A stretch of DNA of 64,000 nucleotides, taken from Candidatus Marinacidobacterales bacterium. GTDB lineage: Bacteria; Acidobacteriota; Vicinamibacteria; Marinacidobacterales; DATDRI01. The notes below the pieces were generated by a model. That model had not been told where the DNA came from, did not search any database, and worked only from the letters and a program-made list of their open reading frames with translations. Within the stretch, counting starts at the first letter, position 1. The number at the start of each line of letters is the position of its first letter. The position numbers and the translations under genes were made by a program. The stretch is from positions 1,056,001 through 1,120,000 of the forward strand of contig CBDCNP010000002.1 in the NCBI GenBank assembly GCA_965219415.1. Direction: 5' to 3'. Positions 39,483-47,135 of this stretch are shown in pieces.

Positions 39483-41237
39483 TCATTCAGACCTACCTTC
39501 GCCGCGTCGAACGGTGACGCGGCGGTCGCCGTCACCGCCGGGGAAGCTTTCCTCCAGACCGTCGGGCCACTGTATGCGAAGGCTTCGGAAACCTCCTTCG
39601 AGCGGCAGAGTGAATTGCGCGATGGGTGGACCGCTCGAGAGGTAGCTCCCGGCTCGGCGGATGGTCCGCCAAATCGTCCGCTGCCCGGCCTCAATCGCGA
39701 CTCGAGCCCCCACGGCGTCCCTCTTCAGGCGCGGATCGTATGCCTGGACCTGGAGCCAGGCGCCCTCGCGGGGCGCATCGTTCCGGAAGATGCGCGGAGC
39801 ACCCTGGACGTTAGCCAACACGAGATCCAGGTCGCCGTCCCGGTCGAGGTCGGCGGCGACGAGCCCGCGCGAGATCTCGACCGGCGCCGTGAACACCCTC
39901 GTCTTCGCCCCCCCTCCTTTGTCGAGCTCGAAGACGCCGTCTCCTCGATTGAGGTAGAAGAGGTTTGGCTCCGCAAGGCGGCTCCAGGGCTCGGGAAGGT
40001 GGGTAACCGGCGCCGTGACCGCCAGGTTCACCCGGCCGTTGGCGACCGCGAGGTCGAGGTCGCCGTCCAGCTCCACGTCGAAGGCGACGACACCGAAACC
40101 CGTGCGGTGCCAGCTCGGTTGCCCAGGAGCCGCGGTGGCGGTCGCGTCGGCGAAACCCGTTCCACCGGGCAACGCCCGGTAAAGCGTGTTCGTCTCCTCA
40201 TCCAAGTGGGTCACAAAGAGGTCGACCCAGCCATCGCCATCGAGGTCTTCGGCGATAACGCCCATCCCTGCTTCGGGCCGACCCATCTCGTTGTAAGCAG
40301 TGCCCAGCATGAGCGCGTCGTCGACGAACTGGCCATTTCGTTGGTTGAGCCAGAGATTGTTGGCGTAACCATCGTTCGCCACGTAGGCGTCCAGCCAGCC
40401 ATCCTGATCGAAGTCCTCGATGACGACACCCAGCCCCGCGGCGAAGACTCTGGCGATGCCGGCCTCCTCGCTGACGTCGACGAAACGGCCTCCCCCCTCG
40501 TTGCGGAGCAGGCGATCGCTGACCGGGCGGAACGAGGCCGGCCCGCAGAACGTGCGCTGACCGCCGCGCGAAGTGCATTTGGTCGTTTCGTTCCACAGGA
40601 CGTACTGAGTGACATAGAGGTCGAGATCGTCATCGCGATCATAGTCGAAGAACGCCGCCGAGGCGGATAGCCCCTCGAAGGTGATGCCGCTGCGCTCGGT
40701 GGCGTCTTCGAATACACCGCGGCCATCGTTGAGGTAGAGGCGATCGGCTCCGAAATTGCTGGCGTAGACGTCGAGATCACCGTCGTTGTCGACGTCTCCG
40801 ATCGCGACTCCCATGCCGTAGCCGCCGTCGCCCAGGCCGGACGCTTCGGTGACGTCCTCGAAGCGACCGTCGGGCGTCTGGCGGTAGAGGCGGTTCACGT
40901 CGGTGGTGCTCGGATCGAGCTTCGGGAGCAAGCCGTTCTGGTTCGTGAAGTAGAGGTCGAGATGATCGTCGCCATCGGCGTCGAAGACGGCCACGCCCCC
41001 GCCCATGGTCTCGGGGAGGTAGAGCTCGCCTGTGCCCCCGGTGGTGTGAACGAAGTCGACGCCTGTCGCCGCCGTCACATCCACGAGCCAGGCATTAGGA
41101 TTCGCGGGATCCACTGCCGTTTCTCGAGTCCAAGGGGATGGAAAGGCTTCTTCGCCGTCCGGTCCTTCGCACCCGGCCATCACCGTCATCGATAGAACAG
41201 CGGCGGCCGCGGCGAGGCGCCGAACGTAACCCGTCAA
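39483..41237 (-). CDS. CRTAC1-family (FG-GAP + ASPIC/UnbV) lipoprotein
   Basis: Lipobox MAGC, PETMGGGVAVFDADGD, EAGMG, SRGLVAADLDRDGDLD, GSYLS, IQWPDG. Confidence 0.92.
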   Translation of the reverse strand: MTGYVRRLAAAAAVLSMTVMAGCEGPDGEEAFPSPWTRETAVDPANPNAWLVDVTAATGVDFVHTTGGTGELYLPETMGGGVAVFDADGDDHLDLYFTNQNGLLPKLDPSTTDVNRLYRQTPDGRFEDVTEASGLGDGGYGMGVAIGDVDNDGDLDVYASNFGADRLYLNDGRGVFEDATERSGITFEGLSASAAFFDYDRDDDLDLYVTQYVLWNETTKCTSRGGQRTFCGPASFRPVSDRLLRNEGGGRFVDVSEEAGIARVFAAGLGVVIEDFDQDGWLDAYVANDGYANNLWLNQRNGQFVDDALMLGTAYNEMGRPEAGMGVIAEDLDGDGWVDLFVTHLDEETNTLYRALPGGTGFADATATAAPGQPSWHRTGFGVVAFDVELDGDLDLAVANGRVNLAVTAPVTHLPEPWSRLAEPNLFYLNRGDGVFELDKGGGAKTRVFTAPVEISRGLVAADLDRDGDLDLVLANVQGAPRIFRNDAPREGAWLQVQAYDPRLKRDAVGARVAIEAGQRTIWRTIRRAGSYLSSGPPIAQFTLPLEGGFRSLRIQWPDGLEESFPGGDGDRRVTVRRGEGRSE

Positions 41238-43669
41238 CTTTCCCTTTCCAAGGCCCGCGCCGAGGCGACCTCGCGTTGAGCCTCCTCGGTGCGACCTAGC
41301 CGCGTAAGAATGTCCGCCAGCAGGTAGTGGCCCATCGGTGCCATGTCGGGGCTCGGCCCAAGGGTGAGGCCCGTTCGCGCCAAATCCATCGCCTCGTCCA
41401 AGCCTCCACCCGAGTCGAGGAGGCTTTTCGCCAGGAAGAAGTGCCCTTCCGCGAATTCAGGATTGATCTCGATGGCACGCCGGAAAGCGGTTACCTGGCC
41501 CTCTCGATCACCCGTGGCGTCCAGCAACAGCCCGAGGTTGAACTCCACTCGGTAGCTCTCGGGATAAAGCGCAAGCTCCTGCTCATAGAGTCGCATCGCC
41601 TCTCGCGCGTCACCTCGCGACTCCGCAACAAGAGCGAGGTTGAAATGAGCGAGTCGCACATCCGGCTTCATGGCGAGCGCTTCGTTGATAAGGGTTGCGG
41701 CGGTCTCGGGATCCGAGCGCTTGAGCGCGACCACACCTCGTGCATTTTGCGCCGCAGCCATCTCGGGCGAGAACCGGACCGCTTCGAGCAGGTGCTGCTC
41801 CGCTTCCTCGAGCTCGTTTCGCTGTAACAGCATTTGAGCCAGCTCGTACCGGATCTGCGCGTTGCGCGGATCGAGCCGCAAGAACTGCCGGTAGCCCAGC
41901 ATGGCATCATCGGGCTGCCCGGCCTTGCGGTAGGCGTTGGCGAGATTGATGACCGCGAGGTCATAGTCCGGCTTGAGCTCCAGAGCCTTTTGATAGCTAC
42001 GAATAGCCTCGGGGAAAAGACGTTCTTTGAGTTGCACGTTGCCGAGGCGCACCCACGCGTCGATCACCTCGGGGTCTTCATCGAGCACCTGCTGCAGCGC
42101 CTCGATGGCCGCCGGCGGGCCCCCCTCGCCGAGTTCGGCCTCGCGGGAGCGGCGCATCAGGTTGTACAAATGGATCTTGTCCTTCGGATCGGCCAAAGTG
42201 GATCGCTCGGACGGGGTAGGGTCCGCGGAAACGAAGCTGCCGACGTAGCCGAGGGCGGCGAGGAGGGCACGCGTATCGGGGTCGACCTCCTCGGTACGGA
42301 TGGCCGGAGCGTTCTTTTGCCACTCCGACTCCAGAGCCGTAAGTTGGGCGTGCATGCGGTCGGCCTGGTCGCTACGTTCCGAGTAAAGGTTAGTCTCCTC
42401 GTTTGGATCGGTGGAAAGGTCGTAGAGCTCGGGGCGGGGCGCGGCAATGTATTTCAAGTCGCCGGCCCGAAGCGCGCGCAGATCGCTCCAGCCAAAGTGA
42501 TAGCGCGGATAGACGGCCTCGGAGTAGGCGGTGAGCCGCAGGGAGCGCTCGGTGCCCGTAAGCAACGGCGCAAGCGTGACTCCCGCCGTCTCCTCGCTGG
42601 CGTCGACCCCCAATAGGTCGAGTGCCGTCGGCAGCACGTCGACGGCCCGCACCAGCGCGTCCACTCGACGATCCTTCATCGAATCGTAAGGTGCCCGGAT
42701 GATGAAGGGGACTCGGATCGCTCCCTCGTAAACGAAAAAGCCATGGCCCGACTCCCCGTGATCTCCCAAACTCTCGCCGTGATCTCCGATCACCATCACC
42801 ACCGTGTCTCGCGTGCGATCTTTACGATCGAGCCACTTCAGCAGGCGTCCGACCTGCGAGTCCACGTAGGCGATCTCACCCACGTAGGGACGATCCCTAA
42901 ATTGCGTGGCGTATGGCTCGGGAGGCTCGTAGGGAGAGTGAGGGTCGTAGAAGTGCACCCAGGAGAAGAAGCGAGCCTCGGGTGCCTCATCGAGCCAGGC
43001 GAGTGCCGCGTCCGCGACCTCGCTGGCGGGGCGCTCGATCTCACTGAGCGAAAGGCTCGCCGTTTTTCTGAGATCGAAGTTGTCGAAGTAGGTGTCGAAG
43101 CCCTGGGCGATACCCCACTTCGCGTCCAGGACGAATGACCCGACGAAACCGCCGGTGCGCAGACCGGCTTCTCGGAGACGCTCGGCGAGAACAACGTGCT
43201 CCTCGCCGAGATAGAAACCTCCGTTGTCCCGCACGCCGTGAGCCGGAGGGAACTTGCCGGTGAACAAGGACGAGTGCGCGGGCAACGTCAGAGGCGCTAC
43301 GGATTCCGCCTGCTCGAATAGAACGCCCTCCCGTGCGAGCCGATCGATATGGGGCGTTTGGATATCGGGAAAACCGTAACTCCCTATGCGATCGGCGCGT
43401 GTGGTATCCAAAGTGACGATAAGAAGGCTCAAATCGTCCGCCGCTACCCCCTTGGGAAGCCTGCCGAGAGCGAGGCCCGAAGGCGCGTTGACGACGGGGG
43501 CCGGCAGAAGTCGCCAGACGACGACGGTCACCCCCGCGAGCAGCACGGACAGCGCTAGACCGCGAACAAGCCGAGGTGACCAGACTGATTTGCGCTCCGG
43601 GCCCGCCGTGGGGATTTCCGCGGGCTTTTCCGGTGCCGGGCGCTTCCAGCGAGATCGCTTGCGGGCCAT
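41234..43669 (-). CDS. Membrane-anchored sulfatase-like protein with C-terminal TPRs
   Basis: N-terminal TM, DTTRAD, TLPAH, YDPHSP, GDHGE, LAALGY..DPKDK linker, many TPRs. Confidence 0.9.
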   Translation of the reverse strand: MARKRSRWKRPAPEKPAEIPTAGPERKSVWSPRLVRGLALSVLLAGVTVVVWRLLPAPVVNAPSGLALGRLPKGVAADDLSLLIVTLDTTRADRIGSYGFPDIQTPHIDRLAREGVLFEQAESVAPLTLPAHSSLFTGKFPPAHGVRDNGGFYLGEEHVVLAERLREAGLRTGGFVGSFVLDAKWGIAQGFDTYFDNFDLRKTASLSLSEIERPASEVADAALAWLDEAPEARFFSWVHFYDPHSPYEPPEPYATQFRDRPYVGEIAYVDSQVGRLLKWLDRKDRTRDTVVMVIGDHGESLGDHGESGHGFFVYEGAIRVPFIIRAPYDSMKDRRVDALVRAVDVLPTALDLLGVDASEETAGVTLAPLLTGTERSLRLTAYSEAVYPRYHFGWSDLRALRAGDLKYIAAPRPELYDLSTDPNEETNLYSERSDQADRMHAQLTALESEWQKNAPAIRTEEVDPDTRALLAALGYVGSFVSADPTPSERSTLADPKDKIHLYNLMRRSREAELGEGGPPAAIEALQQVLDEDPEVIDAWVRLGNVQLKERLFPEAIRSYQKALELKPDYDLAVINLANAYRKAGQPDDAMLGYRQFLRLDPRNAQIRYELAQMLLQRNELEEAEQHLLEAVRFSPEMAAAQNARGVVALKRSDPETAATLINEALAMKPDVRLAHFNLALVAESRGDAREAMRLYEQELALYPESYRVEFNLGLLLDATGDREGQVTAFRRAIEINPEFAEGHFFLAKSLLDSGGGLDEAMDLARTGLTLGPSPDMAPMGHYLLADILTRLGRTEEAQREVASARALERES

Positions 43670-43804
43670 AGGCTAGACCATGATAGTCCAACTTGACTTC
43701 TTGGCGCTGCCGGGCGCTGCCGGCCGGCGTGGTCGGGAGGTCGTAGGCGCCGGGTTGATTGCGTCCGTCGGGGTTGATATAGAATCCGGATGCGAGGCCT
43801 AACC

Positions 43805-45229
43805 ATGCGATTTCCTCTTCTGATTCTGTGTGTTCTGCTAGCCGCTGTTGTGGCGGCGCCCGGACAGACGCGCGTAATGACCGCGAAGACGCGGGCCGAG
43901 ACGCTGCACCTGCTGCGCCGCGAGAAGCTCAATTTGATACTGCCGGGAGCGATGCGCGACAACGGCGTGGACATGTGGATCCACGTGATCCGCGCCGGCA
44001 ACCCCGATCCGCTGGAGGCCAACTTCGGTTCGGCCAGTGGCTATCTGATCTTCACCGACCGTAGAGATGACATCGAGCGCGCCGTGTTCGGCGGGGGACA
44101 CTCTGACTTCTTCGACATCTTCGGCTCGGACGAGCTCGGCCGTGCCATCGAGGGGTACGAGTATGGCAAACAGGACCCGCGCGTGTACGACGAACTGACG
44201 GAGTTCGTCGCCGAGCGCGATCCCGAGACCATCGCGGTGAACACTTCCGCCTGGCTCGCCGTCGCCGATGGCATTTCACACTCCGATTACGTGAAGCTCG
44301 AGCGGATCCTCGGGCCAAAGTACTCCGCGCGCATCGTGTCCGCGGAGAAGCTCATCACCGACTTCCGCGTGCGCCGGACGCAGCGTGAGATCGCAGCGTT
44401 CACTGACGCGGTCGAACAGCACCGCGGGATCCTCGAGCGAGCGCTATCACGCGAGGTCATCACCCCCGGAGTCACCACGCTGAGCGACGTCGGTTGGTGG
44501 GTGCGAGAAGAGATGTATCGCCGCCGGCTCAACCACGGGACGAGCCTCGGTGTCCCCATCCCGCGGATCCTCTACTCGGCGGCGTCCGAGCCCATCGATC
44601 CGCCCGACGTCCGCTGGTGGATTCATCACGACGATTACGTCATTCAGCGCGGCGACTTCATGACCTACGACATCGGTGTCAACTACCTCGACTACTTCGT
44701 CACCGATTACAAGCGCAACGCCTACGTGCTACGCGAGGGCGAGACCGGCGTGCCCGAGAGCCTGCAGCACGCCTTCGATCAGGCCATGCGGGCGCGCGAG
44801 ATCATCGCCGCCAACATCCGCGTCGGCCGTACCGCGCGCCAGACTCTCGACGGGAGCGTCCAGTCGCTCGAGGAAGCCGGCTACATTTACACGCCGTTCA
44901 TCGACATCGGCACCGAGGACTACAAGTTGATCCAGCAGGCGCTCGCCGACACCGACCGGTCCGGGTTCTCCATCGACTTGCATAGCCAGGGGCATCACGG
45001 CGGTAGCCTGATCACCGTCGGGCCGTCCCCCGCGCCGTTTCGTTCCGATCGCGACCACCTGGTGATCCAGGAGAACCACATCTTCTCCTTCGAGTACATG
45101 GTCCATACCAACCTGCCGGAGCGGCCGGGCTTCCCCATCTCGCTGAACATCGAGGGCAACCACGTCGTCACCAGTCGCGGCGTCGAGTACCTGCACCCGC
45201 CCAACGAGAGGATCCTGCTGATTCACTGA
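43805..45229 (+). CDS. Secreted M24 (Xaa-Pro aminopeptidase-like) peptidase, paralog 4
   Basis: Signal peptide. Candidate metal ligands D (YDIG), D (TDYK), H (LHSQG), E (SFEY) and E (NIEG) are all present. Confidence 0.8.
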   Translation: MRFPLLILCVLLAAVVAAPGQTRVMTAKTRAETLHLLRREKLNLILPGAMRDNGVDMWIHVIRAGNPDPLEANFGSASGYLIFTDRRDDIERAVFGGGHSDFFDIFGSDELGRAIEGYEYGKQDPRVYDELTEFVAERDPETIAVNTSAWLAVADGISHSDYVKLERILGPKYSARIVSAEKLITDFRVRRTQREIAAFTDAVEQHRGILERALSREVITPGVTTLSDVGWWVREEMYRRRLNHGTSLGVPIPRILYSAASEPIDPPDVRWWIHHDDYVIQRGDFMTYDIGVNYLDYFVTDYKRNAYVLREGETGVPESLQHAFDQAMRAREIIAANIRVGRTARQTLDGSVQSLEEAGYIYTPFIDIGTEDYKLIQQALADTDRSGFSIDLHSQGHHGGSLITVGPSPAPFRSDRDHLVIQENHIFSFEYMVHTNLPERPGFPISLNIEGNHVVTSRGVEYLHPPNERILLIH

Positions 45230-45332
45230 TCACCGCTCACGACCGGGCCCGGGCTTGACCCACGGGGCGAGTGGATCCAGTATGCCCACCCAAGGGGATC
45301 TTCCTGACCCCTTTGACCCGAGGAGGCTTGCC

Positions 45333-47063
45333 ATGCGCCAAGCAGCTGGTTGGATCGTCGCAGCCGTTTTCTTGGTCTCGACGATACTTGTGTTCGTCAC
45401 ATCGAGTGGAGTCGCCGCGCGAACCGGCGAAGAGGGCTCCACCTACGCGGACCTGGAGGCCCTATTCGAAAGCTCCCGAAAGCTCAACGAACCCCCGCTC
45501 GTCGACGGCATCCCGGACTACAGCGAGGCCGCGATGGCGCGCCAATATGAAGAACTGCGAGGCTTCCAGCGCCAACTGGAAGAGCTCGACATCGCGGCGT
45601 GGCCCATCACCCAGCAGATCGACTACCACCTCGTGCGGGCCGAGCTCAACGGCATCGAGTTCATGCATCGGGTGTTGAAACCCTGGACGAAAGATCCATA
45701 TCTGTACTGGGGCTCGTCAACCTCCACCAGCATGCCCTACTACGGATTCTCCGACCGGCCCGCGGTCCCCGAGGGTCCGGGATGGGGCGAGTCCGGGTAT
45801 GCGGGGGAGCCGGACTATCCGCTGAGCGAGCAGGAGCAAGAGGCTTATCGCACGCGCCTCAGCGCCCTGCCCAAGATCCTTGCCCAGGGGAAGGCCAACA
45901 TAGTCATTCCGGAAGCCAAGCGCGACATGGCTCTCATGGCCTTGCGTTCGCTGGCGGTGGAGGGCGGCTTGCTCGAGGGCATGGTGGTCTCCATGAAAGA
46001 GCATCACCCCGAGCTCGCGCCGGCGGCCCAAGCCGCCTGGGAGGCGATCGAGGACTACCGCGACTGGATCCTGAAAAACATCGACGACATGGCGGCACCG
46101 ACGGGAGTCGGGACCGAGAATCTGTCCCGGTGGCTGAAGAACGTCTGGCTAATCCCATACACCTACGAGGAAATCAGGACGATCGCGAAGCGCGAGTTCG
46201 AGCGCGGCCTCACGGCGCTCAAGCTCGAGGAGTACCGCAACCGCGACCTGCCGCGGCTGACGCCGGCGCAGGGCCGGGAGGAGTACATCCGCCGCCACCG
46301 CGCCGCCGAAGACAAGTTGCGGGCCTTCCTCCTGGACGGCGAGCTCATGACGGTCACGGCCGACGAGATCGAGGCGGCTTATGCCGCCTATCCTCCGCGC
46401 CCCCCGGCAACGCCGTCGGAGCAGCCGAACAACTTCCTCGGCGCCATCATCCATGAGCACTTGGGGCACCAGCTCGATGCGCTGCGGCCCGAGACCGGGA
46501 TGTCGAAGATCCGCGCTTCACGTCGGCTACACGAGATGACCCACGCGCGCCGTGAGGGGGTGGCCGACGGGCTGATCGAGATGTTGATGCACGCCGGGAT
46601 CCTCGACGACCAGCCCAGGATGCGCGAGCTCGTCGACATCGGCATAGCCAATCGTGCCAGCATCGCCATCGCAGCGTTGGAGTTTCAGGCGAACGCCGTC
46701 GATTACGAGGGATGGAACCGTCTTGAGCACAAGATGAGCATCTACGGATCGCTCGAGCTCGATGAGAGCGAGTGGTACAACGCCGCCGCCAACTACAACC
46801 GGTGGGACCACAAAAAGGATGCGGTTCGCGCGCCGGGTTATGAGATCGCGTATCTGACGGGCGTCGTCCAGTTCAACCAGCTGTTCGCCGACCGCGCCGA
46901 GCAGCTCGGCGCCGACTTCGACGTGCGAGAGTTCATGGACGAATTCTTCGCCGTCGGCCAGATCCCCACAGCGCTCATCCGCTGGCAGATGACCGGGCTT
47001 ACGGACGAGATGGAGACGCTGCTTGGCGTACCAGTCGCGTCACCGCCGCCCCCTTCAGATTGA
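45333..47063 (+). CDS. DUF885-family secreted protein, paralog 2
   Basis: AGGAGG RBS, signal peptide, HEHLGHQLD, RREGVA, FDVREFMDEFF..GQIP; homologous to 17803-19434. Confidence 0.78.
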   Translation: MRQAAGWIVAAVFLVSTILVFVTSSGVAARTGEEGSTYADLEALFESSRKLNEPPLVDGIPDYSEAAMARQYEELRGFQRQLEELDIAAWPITQQIDYHLVRAELNGIEFMHRVLKPWTKDPYLYWGSSTSTSMPYYGFSDRPAVPEGPGWGESGYAGEPDYPLSEQEQEAYRTRLSALPKILAQGKANIVIPEAKRDMALMALRSLAVEGGLLEGMVVSMKEHHPELAPAAQAAWEAIEDYRDWILKNIDDMAAPTGVGTENLSRWLKNVWLIPYTYEEIRTIAKREFERGLTALKLEEYRNRDLPRLTPAQGREEYIRRHRAAEDKLRAFLLDGELMTVTADEIEAAYAAYPPRPPATPSEQPNNFLGAIIHEHLGHQLDALRPETGMSKIRASRRLHEMTHARREGVADGLIEMLMHAGILDDQPRMRELVDIGIANRASIAIAALEFQANAVDYEGWNRLEHKMSIYGSLELDESEWYNAAANYNRWDHKKDAVRAPGYEIAYLTGVVQFNQLFADRAEQLGADFDVREFMDEFFAVGQIPTALIRWQMTGLTDEMETLLGVPVASPPPPSD

Positions 47064-47078
47064 TCGGGAGGGAGTGAA

Positions 47079-47113
47079 ACCGGGGAGGGGGGAGGACCAC
47101 TCCCCTCCCCGGT
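47079..47113. terminator. Bidirectional terminator-like hairpin between convergent genes
   Basis: Perfect 12-bp stem ACCGGGGAGGGG / CCCCTCCCCGGT; no clear U-tract. Confidence 0.6.
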
Positions 47114-47135
47114 CATCTTGTCAGGCTGTCAGAGG

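Noticed and set aside
43701-43725. Short tandem GGCGCTGCCG repeat in the divergent intergenic region
   Set aside because: Two copies of a GC-only 10-mer are expected by chance.
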